From Hydrolagus affinis (Eukaryota), in NCBI GenBank assembly GCA_012026655.1, contig JAAILG010000151.1:62001-126000 (forward strand): 64,000 nucleotides of DNA, written 5' to 3'. A program made the position numbers and the translations under genes. The notes under the pieces are model-generated. The model saw only the letters and a program-made list of their open reading frames with translations. It made no database searches and had not been told where the DNA came from. Of this stretch, positions 38,279-51,760 are shown piece by piece. Positions within the stretch are counted from its first letter, which is position 1; the number at the start of each line of letters is the position of its first letter.

Positions 38279-39653
38279 TTCATTTTTCCAATAAGATGAA
38301 ATAAAGAATAGGCTTCAACTGTTGCTGCTCCAGCTGGAATATGCAAGCACTTGGCATAACTGCTAATAAACAGAAGAATAATTTTTTGTAAAGTATTAAT
38401 ATTTTTGGTAATAATTGGGAAAGTGAAATAATACAATTGTATTGGCGCAGTTAGGAAGTATTTGACTTGATTTATAATGGCTGAATTCCTAAAGGCCTCA
38501 AGGCATGATTGACTGACGAAGGTCTCCGCTCTGGACTGGGCTGTGTTGTGTCGAGGTATTTGGAGCTGAGGTGGGGGTGTTCTGCATCTGACCTCCAGAG
38601 TCCCCTCAACGATAGTCTGACCGACCGATAAGGGAAATGGAAAGTTTTTCTGCTGGAGGAGGTGGCACCTCGGACAGAAAGAGAGCAATGGAAACAAAAA
38701 GGAAAGTAGAAACATTGGCAACGGTGTGGGTTAGGGCAGTCTGCTGGGCTTGAGGCCCCAACCCAGTTAGGGCAGAGTACTGTAGTATTTTCCTTTCTTT
38801 CCCCAACACTGGGGAAACACAGAACTAATGGCCTGCACTTTGGTGCTGAGCACAGTCCACTTCTCCCAACACCCCCTCCCCTCTCCCCCTCACCCCCGCA
38901 AAAAAAAATTATTCAATTAAACTGTGAAAAGTAATCTCAGGAAACCTTGCCATTGCATTCCAGATGGGCATCTCCATATCATTTGCTGGAGCCTAAAACC
39001 ATTTACAGCCCGAACATACTGAGAAGATTAAGATACAGCAATCTGAATCTGAAGAATCCAGCCTAATAATTCACCTCAGACTGCGCTCTCCTCTCGTTTC
39101 CACATTGTCATGGCCGCCTACACATACATATTCCTTGGAAGGATGGGTGGGTGGGTGGGGGGGGAGGAATGGTATAGCGAGAGCTTTCAGTATTCTAAAG
39201 CTACGTTTCTCGAAAGGTTTCTGCATGTGTGCAGTCAGCCGCAATATTTCCTTTGAAATAATGGTGCAGGTGAGGCATGATTCTCCGTCACACTTCTGGC
39301 TGCTTGATGGATACAGATTTATTAATATGTGCAGTGTTGGACTGCTGATAGCAGTGTAATTTATCGCTAAGTATCATTTTGACATGATAGTTTTGTAACA
39401 AATACATAATGCATATTGTTCCATTTCCCCCCACCTCCACCAGTTTAAAATTAATGGAGTTAGACTCCCTCAATTCAGTGTAATCTCATGTCCGACGACT
39501 GTGCAGACTCTCTCCGCATACCAATAAGACTTCACTGACTCCTTCAGTTAGTGTCACCTTGAAACGGAACGATTTCAGCCAGCTTCCCATTTGTTTTGTG
39601 CTGTCAAATTAGGCAAGCCCTCACTTCTTCATGAGGAGCAATTCTTTATTCAT

Positions 39654-39697
39654 GAGCCTTGATTTCATAAAAATGGCTCACACGAGAGAGAGAGAGA
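39654..39697. repeat. (GA)n-rich microsatellite
   Basis: Directly visible purine tract. Confidence 0.9.
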
Positions 39698-40296
39698 GAG
39701 GGAGGGAGAGAGAGAAAGAAAGAGAGATTGCACACCCTCTCTGCTGCCTAGTCTGGGACTCCAGTGAAATTGAGACTGCACAGGAAGCAGAAAATGGCTG
39801 CTTAACTCAAATATATTTGATGCTTCGTTGGGTATTTACCATTTAATTTTTAATATTTGACTAATGCACCTTTCCGATCCGACCACATCCACTTGCAACC
39901 AGGGGCAGCGTAAGATTATGCCTAACCTATTGTTGGCAGTCGGAATTGAAGTCAAGATGCTCGCTTCACACACAGCCACAGCGAAGACTGATGAGCTCAA
40001 TCGTTTCTTCGTCCTGTGGTGGGTAAACATGGTTGGAGGCAAACAGATGCCATTGATGCTCATTTAATGGTGATGTTCCTTCTGGTTGGGCGGGGGAGGG
40101 AGTGGGGGATGGGGGGGAGGGAGAATTTCTCAGGCATTAATCAGTCGGTGTGGGATTGGTTGGGTATCACTGGGTGTTTCCTGGCACAGTGTACACCCAG
40201 CCAGGGGTTTAGCTTTACCGTGTCATTGTTCCTTGTTTGTGAAACATCTTCAGACAGGTCAAGTTGAGCACACGTAGCTGGTTCCAGATACTGTAC

Positions 40297-40620
40297 ATTA
40301 ATAATCCTTGTGTTTAATCAGGGCTGCTCCCTATCAAAGCATCGCAAAGTATTACAGTTTTTTTCTGAAAGGTACAGTATAAGTGTATTTGTCGACCAAC
40401 TCTGCAGCCAATTTGCTCACAGCAATAACCCTCACACAGCCAGAAAGCAAATGATCAATTTTCTGGAGGATTATTGGTGGGTAGGGGGTGGTGGGGGGGG
40501 TGGGGGGAGGGGGGGCAGCAGAAACAATTCCCTTTTCTTTTCAGATAATGGTATGGGTTCTTTAATGTCAGACCTGGGTCTGAGGGACAGCACCACTAAC
40601 AATGCAGTCCCACCCCAGCT
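40297..40620 (-). mobile_element. Highly decayed Deu-domain-type SINE
   Basis: Tail AATAATCCTTG, GCAGCCAATTTGCTCACAGCA, and CTTTTCAGATAATGGTATGGGTTCTTTAA...GACAGCACC, resembling the DeuSINE core as I recall it. A related piece lies at 27862-27950. Confidence 0.55.
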
Positions 40621-41060
40621 TCAATTATGATTTCCTTCGAGGGGGTAGATTTCTCTGTGAAACTTAAAGATATTATTGTAGGTACAGTACATCATATTTA
40701 CTGCTGATTGACAAAGGAGGGGAGGATTTGGGACAGAATGTACTATTAAGAAATTAAGTATTTTTCCAACTCCTTTCCTTCCCCTCGCAACAAATTGAAA
40801 AACAATTTCACTGGAAACAGCGAGTTGTTCAGTTCTACATTAAAAAAAATTGTCTGAAGTATGTTTTTAAGAGATTGTACGGTGCATTTATCTCAAGTTC
40901 TCCCTCTTGTCATTTTTTTTTACCACATCGTTGACTTATTCTAGAAATTGAACACATTGTTTGAAAGAAGTAGTTAGTTGCGTGTCTATATGCGGCCCGT
41001 GAAGTATGACTTATGGGTCTATGGTTCCTATCCAAAGATAACCCACAAGAGCAGCTGCTG

Positions 41061-41160
41061 NNNNNNNNNNNNNNNNNNNNNNNNNNNNNNNNNNNNNNNN
41101 NNNNNNNNNNNNNNNNNNNNNNNNNNNNNNNNNNNNNNNNNNNNNNNNNNNNNNNNNNNN
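41061..41160. other. Assembly gap (100 N) next to a poly-C run
   Basis: Exactly 100 N, usually a placeholder for a gap of unknown size. Confidence 0.99.
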
Positions 41161-42404
41161 CCCCCCCCCCCACTGATCACAAGCACAGTCGGAGGATTGT
41201 ATTCACCTGCCGTCGCCCCTAATGCAGGACTCCACACGACCAAATCTAGAGCAGCAGCAGCCACAGAGAGAGGCCTGAGAGAGGTTGGCCACTTGGTTAT
41301 GGAATGATATGTGGTGTGTCTGTGTGTGTGTTTCAAGCCCGCCAGACTTGAAAGGCGTTATACAAACGTTATACATTGTACACCAGCAACTTCAAAAGTT
41401 GCGGAGAAAACGAGAGGAGAATGAGATTTCCCATCCACGGTGTTTATTAATTATTCAAAATCTTATAAATTGCAGCACAGCCTGCCTTTCTTTGAAGAGA
41501 CAAATCTGAAATGGTTAAAAAAAAACACTATATAAGCAGCCAGAGTGCCACTAACCACTAAAGCCAAAGGACTGAACAGTTAAAATTGTCTCAATATCTG
41601 CTACAAGTCAACTCACTGTACCTATTATCTGTAAAATAAAGCTGGATCAACCTCCTGAATCTGAAATGGATTTTGTAGCGTTTTCTGGACTGTAATAGCA
41701 TTTCAATTCACACATAAAAAGCAAAGGCCTTCATTTCAATCCAAGAACTCTGAATGAATAATAAATTCATTGTTATTTATTCTTATTGTAAAAGAATTCC
41801 ATTCGGCCTATCCTGCCGGTGCCACCCAGTCCCGTTCCCCTGTACCTCTAGTGAAGTAAGAGCAGGGGGTAGAATATAATTGGATAATTGACTTCATTTT
41901 TTTAAATCCAGATGTCTACAGCTGACAATTTTTCTCACTTGAAAAGGATCAGTGCTGTCCCTGCTCTGCGCTCAGTGAGAGTGTAGGTTTCGCACACTCA
42001 TTGGTGAGGCCTTCTAACTACAAACAAACCTTTGTCAGTTCCCACCCACCCCCCCCCCCCCCAGCCCCCCTTTGCTCCCCACAACACCACCATTTCAACA
42101 GCTCCAGATGTGTGTTAATTATTTGCTTAATGCATCGATTCTGCGGCAGTGATGTAACTTCTCTGTTTGTCAGCTTCCTCATCGACGGAGAAACCACATA
42201 AAAACACCAGTCTGGACGGTCGCCCACATTCGGGTTTTGAAGATCTGTTACATAAACAGGTTTTACTTCATTCACTGAACTTGAAAATTTCCCAGTAATT
42301 TTGTGGTATCAAGAGCTTTCCACAGAAGGAGGCGGTGGGAGTGACCCCCAAATAATGCGCATCTGAGGGAGATTTGGCCTATCAATCATGTGAGATGCCC
42401 ACTG

Positions 42405-42507
42405 TATAATAATAATAATAATAATAATAATGATGATCCTTGCAGTAGACCTAGCGCGTTTCATGTCTTCTAGATGTCTCAAAGAAACATCACAAAATAT
42501 ACTGTAC
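42405..42507 (-). mobile_element. SINE tail with expanded (AAT)n
   Basis: (AAT)n followed by ATCCTTGCA...TCTCAAAG. Confidence 0.8.
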
Positions 42508-45054
42508 AATTGTACCATTGTACAATATATTGTCCAATCTTTCCCTGCCCCCTCACTTTACTGAGATCTTGGCTTTACCGTGTTGCTGTCAGCAGACAGA
42601 GGTGAAGTTCTCCCCACAGGTCCCTCCTGTTGTTCGTACGCCTTCTGGACAGTTATAGACCACTCTAGAGACATAGACGCTGAGGGGACATTGGTGAGTA
42701 ATGGGCATTAAACAATGACTTTGTCCCTTTCTCTCTATGCTCTCCCAGTGCAAAGTCCGCAGAGAGATTTGCGTTCACCAATCTGGGCCTGTGGGTTTCC
42801 TGAGAACATCCCCTTGTGGCTGTTACTGATGTCTCTCTTCCTCTCTTTCTTTACAAGCCCTTGGCTTCAGTGCTCACCTGAGATTGGTGGCAACACATGG
42901 CAGATGATGAGCTCCCATTCCGTGAGCTCCAAGGCCCTGCGATGCACACGTAAATCCTCTTGACAGACCCTAAAGAAAAGCCTTTACATCTGATTTCCCT
43001 TCTGCCTCAACGTTCCTCAATAAAATAAAATCGTAGCAATGGAAGAGGTTAAACGATTCTTTTTCCTTTTTGGTGGATTGTTAAAGCAAGTGGTTTTAAT
43101 TGTTTCATCTCCACCAAAAGGAAGTGATTCCTTGTGAAACTTTCAGATGTTTCAGAGTCCGTGAGTTCGGCCTTGGCTCAGTCTCTGTTTCCTATTCGGA
43201 AGCTGTACTCTAAGATTAAAAGTGGGGGAAGGAAAGACCCTGTGTAGGCGCCAGGGGTAGTATGTTGTTTGGTTGATTAGTACACGTTGGGCCGTATCAT
43301 TTCGATCACCCCAGGAAGTCATCTGTCAAACATGACTTCAGTCAAATGAGGAGATAGGAAGTGGATTGCGTTTTATTGACAAAAACTCATTTTGTCGCCA
43401 GTTACAAAGGAACAAGGGAATATTCGGCGAGTAATCCCTGTTTTTTGTATTAAAAAAAACACGTTATTTGTCCCCAACAATTTGTTATAATTTTTCTAGT
43501 TGTTTTTTTCCAAGTGACTATTTTCAGATAACATGGATTATGTGCTGATAGCAACATATACCGTTTCATCCTGAATTGTGTTGCGCTTACATCAGTGGGG
43601 GTTACGCGATGTCTTTTGACTGCACTTTTAGTGAGGCTGTGAAAGGTGTTTCGAAGCTTGTCCCTATCTATCTGCATTGCTCGCTCACTGAACCTGACAG
43701 TCACCTCGATATTTAGCCTTCATCAATGTAGTTTAGCGACATGTTGAAGTTGCAGTAACCCAACGTTGTTTGAATGTAGTAACCTAATTCAGAAATGAGA
43801 GTACAGTAGTTGAGTTGAATTCAAAGGAAGATTTTTACGTGCAGAGATAAAATGCTATGTCTTTTGACACAGCTTCACTTACAACTCCACAGTCACTACA
43901 CTTCGCAGTGAATCCTGTCAAAAGCTCTGGAGACATTTTGCCGAAGTGATGAGAGTACAGGAATTGAGTTATATTGTTATATTGAATGCTTGGATTATCA
44001 TTATTATTGTATAGATGGAAGTGTTCTGTTTCTACATGTTACCATTGACATTTACCACTCTCCAGAAGGAAGCTGGAGACGAAGGTAACGCAGGCTGTAC
44101 GTAGCCCGAATGGCCATTCTTCAGATCATTCTGCAGGTTATTGGATCAAATGCAAGGATTATTATTATGAGGGACATCAGCCTGGATCCTGTGCTCACCC
44201 AAACTCCAGGTGTGCGCTCGCTTTCACCAGTGGTTTTCCAGGAGGATCACACTTGATGATTTCTCATTGTTTCTCTTATCTCGCGTTCCCAAACCCAGGG
44301 GATTTGAAGCCAGTTTTAACACTTCTTCCACCACTCCATTGAGCGAGTGCAGACACGAGATTGAATCAGCCACCTTCTTTCTCAATGTGGCTCAGTTTTG
44401 TCCTGAAATTACTCACTAGGCCATTGGTGGGAGCTGTGAAGTACAGGATTTATCTTGTCATCAGGATTTATCCTCCAAGACTAGGGCCATTTATTGCGAC
44501 TCTTGTCTTTGGCAACGCTGAATTAATTGACTCTAAAGTGTACTGATCCACCCAGGGGCTCATCTACTTGTCTATGAAGGTTCTGTTCAGTTTGACCTAT
44601 ATCCAGAGCTATGAGGATGCAGAAACCACTTGAGGTCCAGTGTGGCCTGCTATAGAACAATTGGCGTGAACAGCTGAAAGGCAGGAGTGGGCTACTTCAG
44701 AAATCGATCTGGTCTTTAGTTTAGAAATTGCCAAGCCTGTGCAGTACTGCTCCTCGCTAAAACATTGTCATTAATGAACACCTAGAGACCTAAGTACCAT
44801 GGATGAATGAAGGCAGATTTCCAATAGTGCCTTGTAGTGTCCACTCTTTCTCTCTCAAGCCACCACCCCACCCCCCCCCACCACCATCCGCCAATCGTGA
44901 ATACTCACAAAATATAGCCTGAAATAAATATTGGCGACAGTCAGCTCCATTAGATCTCTGCTCTGTCAGAATAAACCCTAAACAGAAGTGTGTCACCACT
45001 GTATTTGTCAGTCTGATCCGCCTCTCAGAGGAACAGCTGGAAGTCTGTTCCCAG

Positions 45055-45250
45055 CACATTCATTACAGTGCCACTGTAATTAAGAGGTTTTCTTAAATTA
45101 TAGCTTTGCTTTCCTTTCAGATGTTCTTTAACAAGGCGGTCTACAAAGGTGTTAGTGTACAATATTCATCATTGTCAGGCACGGCTAATTACAGCCCCAT
45201 AAATCACACCAGTGACCTGCTCGCCTCCAGTACAGGAGCTGGGAAAACAC
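45055..45250. promoter_or_regulatory. Candidate Pbx-Hox/Meis enhancer
   Basis: CCATAAATCA (reverse TGATTTATGG) at 45197-45206, TGTCA at 45173-45177, two TAATTA palindromes. Confidence 0.55.
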
Positions 45251-46300
45251 AACTATTTTTTGGTGGTGGATGAGCGGTGGGAGGGGGAGGAGGGGGGAGG
45301 GGGTGGGGGGGAGGAGGGTCATAGACTTAAGAGTTCAAGGTAAAATACGGTCAACTGAACCGCTTAATGAGGCTCTGCGGTTTTTTTTCCTCTGCGAGGA
45401 AGCCCGAATATTTTACGCCATTAAAGATTTGAAATATTAATGTTCATTAACGGTGTCATTCAGCCATTTTAAATGATTATAATTTTAAGTCTCTCCTGGG
45501 TGAGCAGGCAAATTTTTAATGAAATGTTCCTCTTTGCCTGACCTGCAATAATACTAGCGGAATGCCGTTTTTATTAGGCAGGTTTATAGCATTCATTACT
45601 CCGCTACTTCAGATAGTTCATGCTTACTATAAATTTGGATATAAAAAACATAGCTTTCCCCGCAGCAAGTAGTCAGCTCTACTTTTGACCTTTAGGTTGT
45701 CACAGAAGGATTAACAGTAAAGTGGTGAGAGGTGTGAGCCAGGCCACAGAATCAATGTGGTAAAGTAAGAGATTTTCAATTCCAGTGAGCGCTACCTTTC
45801 ACCTTGACGTGTTACCTGCTAACGTTGCCAGCCAGGAAAGGACTTTTAACTCCAATTCAGTGACAGCTGCTCTCTCAGAGGTAGTCATTAGCTCTAAATG
45901 CCTCGGCTCAGCGGTAAGTCACTGTCTGCGTAAACCTGCACTTTTTGTGTGTGTGTGTGTGTGTGTGAGAGCGCAGCAATGACTGAGTGAGTAACTTTGT
46001 GGACCACTCATTTCAACAAAAGAAACTAAAAGCTTTGCTTGACCGCTGCGACAAGGATTTTTTAAACAGAATGGAAATGTTGAAATTTTTTAGCCTGTTT
46101 TCAGTGTATCAGTTTGATCGATGTAAACCCATCGTCCTTGCTGTATTTGCAGCGATGGTGCAATCTTTTGTGGATTTTGCCGGTGCTTTTCTGTCGTGGT
46201 TCTCACCCTTTGACACCCCACCGCCCTCTCCTTACTTAATGGCCGCACTCTACTAAATGCCTCGCCAAGAAATAAAAGTGATCTTAAAATTGGGTGGATA

Positions 46301-46521
46301 CAGTAAAAGCCCGTTTATCCGGCACTCTCGGGACCTGGCCAATGCCAGTTAAAGCGCGTGCCTGATATTCGGCCGAAAACACACACAGAAAAAAAAAATA
46401 GTAAAAATTAATACATTGTGCCGGATAAATTCCGGTTAATTGAATGCGGACCTTTTTTTTCACGGTGCCGGCTATATGGAAGTTACGGTTGATCGGGTCA
46501 TGGATAAACGGTCTTTTACTG
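46301..46521. mobile_element. 221-bp non-autonomous Tc1/mariner (pogo/Tigger-like) MITE
   Basis: 20-bp TIRs CAGTAAAAGCCCGTTTATCC and GGATAAACGGTCTTTTACTG (19/20), TA target duplications at 46299-46300 and 46522-46523, internal CCGG-rich subrepeats. Confidence 0.92.
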
Positions 46522-48039
46522 TATCAAGTATTGCCTGTACTATTAAGCACGGAACATCCTACTTATAGCACTTTGCTGCCAGTCAATGCGAAACAGTCAA
46601 ATCCAGTCTGATAATAGTCACTTTGAAATCTAATGGAAATATCGACCATGGCCATTATCTGGCTACTTTACTTGAAAATGGAAGCTAATGGCCAAATTTG
46701 AATGGTGAGGCATCACCCATCAACAGCTGTGGGAAATGATGTACAATCATCATAATGATATAGGAGCCAGTCACACACACACTCATCTGTCCTGGTCACC
46801 TCTACTATCCAAGCCTTTAGATAGGCCATTGCCTAGCCTGGGCTGGGAATTAATGTGTGACGTGTCCCAAAGGAACCATAAGCCACCGTCAGTGAATGGA
46901 CCAGATTATTTCCTGATGGGGATGTGGGTAAAGGCATCTCTCGGGGACTTGTCCTCTTTTTCCTCAGTCAGGCAGCTCCTCGACCCTGGCTGTTCTAAAC
47001 TGGGCTAAACCTGCTCCTGTGTCTTAAGCATTTGGCCCAAGACTAAAGTGCCTGCCACTGCCTGCTGTCTGATGGGGACAGGGTGAATACACGGACATTT
47101 AACTTGAAGAAGAGGAAATTCTAATTATCTTCAAATATTTTTCCTGCTAATGAAAGGAATAACAAGGAATAATTGGTGTGCAAATATAACTGGTAGGCAG
47201 GAGATAAGGAGGGCAGGCAGTCTCTTGGCAATGTACTGATTTATCTTGTTCGAACAAGATCACACAGAAGAGGGAAGAAAATCAAGACAGTCAGCCTACG
47301 TGCCACCTGAACGTAGCTTTACCCTAAGAGAGGAGCAATCTGACACACGGGGGCCACTGACTTTGAACTCTTTTTTTAAAAAAAAAATCTTATTAGACAA
47401 ATAAACAAATCTCTCTTCCCTCACTCACTCAGTCCAGTCTAAAACCTGGCAAAACAGTGTTTGAAATTAAGTGAAGCTCGAGGGGAAACAAACGCGCATC
47501 TGCTTGAGACTTTTGTTTCAAACAACATCAGAAGATTAGGAGATTTGGGTGAAGAAGGTTCTCTGGCCTATCTGATCTCATCTTTCCAGAAAACCTACCC
47601 CAGCCTCTGTTTGACATGGCGTTATGGCATTCTTAAGTCTGGCGTTGTGTTGGGATTTGATGAGCTGCACAATTTTCGCCCCAGATTTATTTTTTAAAAA
47701 AACACCTCACATTGTCTGCCTCATGTGTAGCTCATCATCAACTCATACACAGTCCTGTTTGTTTAACTAATGGGGAAAAGCTGAGTGCGATGAGATGGGA
47801 TTCAGTGATTAAAAATTGAAGCAAATCCGAAAGGTCAGACATTGTGTGTGTGTGTGTGTGTCAATGGCACGCATTGTAAACCCGAGTGCGCTCGCTCTCC
47901 CCGACAAAGAGTTCCGACAGTCTCCAAACAGCATGTCGCTGCGCGCCCTGTACAGGTGTTGCACAAAAGCACACACTACACACTACTACAACTACATTAA
48001 TGAATGCAGTCAACCCCAGCCTCAGTCATTGCTGAATTA

Positions 48040-48360
48040 TGTGTTTTGACAATTGGACTATTATGAAAATTGTAATCAAATTACTAAATAACAAGTGAAG
48101 GCTGGCAGGAAACCTGGAGCAGCAGTGACTGACTGACTGACTGACTGGCGGAGGGAGGGAGGGAGGCTGATGTGGATGGTGGGGGTGTGAGTAGCTGCAG
48201 GTGTGTCCTTTATTTGCATAAGTGATGTTTATTTCAGTTGAGATTTGCATGTGAGGTTTTTTTTTGCATGCTACCGGCGCACTGATGATTGCGAAATGCA
48301 AATTTTTGTCGGCTTTCCAATTCCATGTGTACAACAAATAATTATTGTTCCCTTGAAGTG
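48040..48360. promoter_or_regulatory. Candidate POU/SOX enhancer
   Basis: Three perfect octamers within 92 bp, plus SOX-like ATTGTT and forkhead-like TGTTTAT. Confidence 0.5.
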
Positions 48361-48961
48361 CCGCCCCCGAAGCTGTGTTATTGCACTTTAAACGTATGGA
48401 GTTTTCGTCTTTATTGGAAAGGTTGAGGGTTAAAAAGCACAGCGTCGTCTGGAGATAGGAAAGAATGCGAATGAGAAACCTAATCACACAAAGTGAAGTA
48501 AAAGGGGTTAGTTTACTTGTCTCCACTTGAATTTCATTTACATGAACTAAGTGGGGCCACTCATGACTTTTGCTGCACGGGAGCCTGAAATTCAGGCTGT
48601 TTTCTCTGCAGATCTGCAAGCCAGCTGCCAGTGTGATGATAATGGGCTATCTCGCAGGGCTGGCTGGCAGGCCAGTGCCCTGTTTCAGAAGGTTCAGGAA
48701 CCCTAGCTGCTTGTTTACACCCTGGGAGTCAAGTCAGACATTTCTGGAGAAGAGCAGCTCCGATATAATAGCAGGAGCCCTAATGGGAGTGAAGCTACTT
48801 CTGCCTCACTTTACTCTCACACCGTTTCACTTCCGCATTCGACTCTTGTGTGTGATACCCAGGAGCTGAGTGCTGTCGCATTGTGGCATTGTGGCCATCG
48901 TGGCGTTGGGTGTGGTGGGCAGACACGGAGCTGGAATGTTGGTTGAATCAGGCTTGTGATT

Positions 48962-49283
48962 CAATAACAACAACAACAACAAATGACATTTTTTGTAGCG
49001 CAATTCACATCGGGAGGACAAGAGTCAGAGGTCTGGAGCTGAGCAGGGGGTTGGGATCAGGAGTGGTGATGGTAGGAGGGTGACCAAAGGTACAGTCGAA
49101 GAGGAGGCTTTTGAAGGCATGCCTTGAAGCGGGCAAGGGAGTGAGGCAAAGGGAATGTGGGGATGGAGTTCCAGAGGGCGGGTACAGAGAGGCTGAAGGC
49201 CTGACCGCCGATGGTGGGGCAGGCCGGATGGGGGGGGGAAGGTAGAGCAGGCTGGAGCCAAATCCGCGCTGTGGAGGCTGAGG
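48962..49283 (-). mobile_element. L2 LINE 3' end
   Basis: Encodes PTIGGQAFSLSVPALWNSIP and FKSLLFDCTFG (L2 ORF2 C-terminus); ends in (TTG)n. Confidence 0.88.
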
Positions 49284-51644
49284 AAAGCTGTGGCTCAGTG
49301 ACACACAGTTCCGGGGTTCCATCATTTCCTACCATTCGCTGCCTGTGTCTGACCACGGATTTGTTTGAAGCTCCGGCTGGAAGCACAGAGCCCGGTTCAC
49401 ATGACACCTTCTCACCTAGAACATGGGAGTAAATAGTCACTGCGAGCGACAAAGTGGAGCGAGAGAATGTGCGCGTGATACAGCCACGTCAACACGCCTA
49501 CCAGGCTGCCTCAGTGTGGTGAGAATTTATCCATCTTTTGTACAGTGGAAGATTGAGCTGGACCCACGTTCTGATTTGATTGCTGGAGTGTTGTAGAGGA
49601 AATTAGGATTTTAGTGGCTGGGATTAAGCTGCACTGAGCGTGACGTTAGTTTATTATCTTTCTAGTCTCCATTTATAAAGTAAATGTGGGAAGGAAATTG
49701 TACTTCAAAGCTTTGTCCTGAATACCTGAAATAAATCAATACACCAGTCTTCTTTTTCGTAGGAACTGCAGTAACAATTATAAACCTTAGGTAGCGTTTG
49801 GTTTATCTGGAGCCACGCTAATTGCAGTTTGAGGGTGATTCTGGATTGATTCTTGAATAACTGAAAGCTGTGAGATGTGTCGTTTTATCTGGTTGAACTC
49901 CAGCTGTTACCCCAGGCCACACTCTCAGGTTCCTAAGTGTTGTCTGTTGTTGCCAACCTTTGCCTAATACTCTCCAGAATTATGTAAGGGTGGCGCGGGG
50001 TGGGGGAGGGGGTTAGTCCCCCTGAGGAGGGAGAGTGTGCACATTCCATTTCTAAACACAAGGGAAATTGTGCATGTGTGTCACTGTGTCTGGGTTGGAT
50101 ATTTTTAAGGAACGTGATGATTTCCGCATGCGTCAGACACTCGGCTGGCAACAAGAAGGTTTAGATGGGCTGAGAGAAACCGGAACGGGATCTCATCCAG
50201 ATGTAGATTCAATTGATCTTAAAGAAAAATTAAAATTAATCTTATCTTATCTATCAACAGAAAAAGTCTTGTAATCTTTTTCAAATGCTGTGTTAGTTCA
50301 AGGTTTGAGCGTAAATGTACTGTTATATAAAACATATTCCTGGACTGAAACAACCTGCAGAAAGAAAAAGGATTGTTGGCGGCAGTGTGGTGTGCGTTCT
50401 TGCCTGTTCCTGTCCATCTCTTTACAGTCTGCAGTTCTGAAGTCAGGTTGTGCCATTTTAGGGCATTTGACTGGAGGCTGAAAGTTATTGTTGAAAGAAG
50501 TCTTGAGAGGCTTTATTGTGGTTCCAGCTGTTTAGTGTAGCTATTTATTTAGCTTGTAAATTGTCTGGCCAAAGCACACCACATAATGACGGGGGAACCA
50601 CAAACGCATTGTTGTGATTATCATTAAAAAGCATACTTTTGTGATTTTATGAGAGAGGAAAAAAAAGTTGAAGTCTTTGTTGTCCAGATTAGTGACTCCC
50701 AATTTCCAGATTTTGCCTGTATAGAGATGTAAATTTCACATGCTGTTAATCATTAGGGAGGACACAATGGAGGGGGATTGCTGAGGAGCAAAGGCTGAGC
50801 ATAATACAGGATTTTATATCTCTTTTCTACTCCCTTCCACATCTTTGGGAGGGGAGAAAGCGCATTGAAGACCCCTCCAGAGAGGTGATTAAGAACAGAA
50901 CAGTCTCCTAACATGTACTCTTCATCCGAACAAACAAAAAAGGGCTGTAATTGGATTCACATTGTGGGAGATACTTAAAATACTGAAGTAATGAGAAAAA
51001 TCTGCTCAGTTAAATCAGTCATCGGTGTGGGTGTTTTTTTTATTTGCAAAGAGCATCGTCTCTCTGCTTTTGTTAAACGTACAGTTGCCTTGAGTTAGGG
51101 TTTAGAAATTGTAATTCTGTTCAAAGTGGAATACAACAAAAAGTTCTGCTTAATGCTACACGGTAATTTAATGCACAATCGAACAATATGTCAGCTCCAG
51201 TATTGCTTTCATCTGCTTTTGGTAAGGAGCTCTTGAAGCTAACAATTATTTATACCCCACCCCCATATACAGCATTTACAAATAAAACATTTAAAAGGCA
51301 ATGTTACACTCCCAACAAAGCAGCAAACTTTTAAAGTAAGGATAGTTGGATGAATTGGAGCCAGGAAATCGTGCCTTTGTTACTGCCCTCTGCCTCGCAC
51401 TCGCTTGTAGATGAGACAGTTTCTGGGCTGAAGACCTTTGTGTGGGAGGTGGACACTGCCCTGAGATCATCACTGAAAATATGCTCCAAATTTAGAGACT
51501 ACTGAGATCTTATCCACCATTCCCATCTTCCAATAGAAAACCAATAAAAGACCTTTTTTACATAGGAATGTATATGATAAGACATGAGAGGCAAAACTGT
51601 TAGCTCCCAAACGTGGGCAGGTGTAGGAATTTCATTGTTTAGTT

Positions 51645-51760
51645 GGGTTATTTTTGCCCCACAAAATCTACAGTTAATTCACTTTTATAATATATTCTGT
51701 GAAGCGCTTTGAGGCATCTCGAAGACACCATCAGGCTCCATATCAAACTCAGGGATTATT
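51645..51760 (+). mobile_element. SINE 3' fragment
   Basis: AATTCACTTT...TGTGAAGCGCTTTGAG...GGATTATT. Confidence 0.8.

Noticed and set aside
40910-41336. ORFs spanning the N run
   Set aside because: Artefacts of translating the assembly gap.
44443-44471. 11-bp direct repeat CAGGATTTATC separated by 7 nt
   Set aside because: A simple local slippage duplication, too short to enclose an element.
48026-48619. Longest ORF in the track (197 aa, minus strand)
   Set aside because: No recognisable domain, runs through microsatellite and motif-dense non-coding sequence, and is antisense to the host gene.
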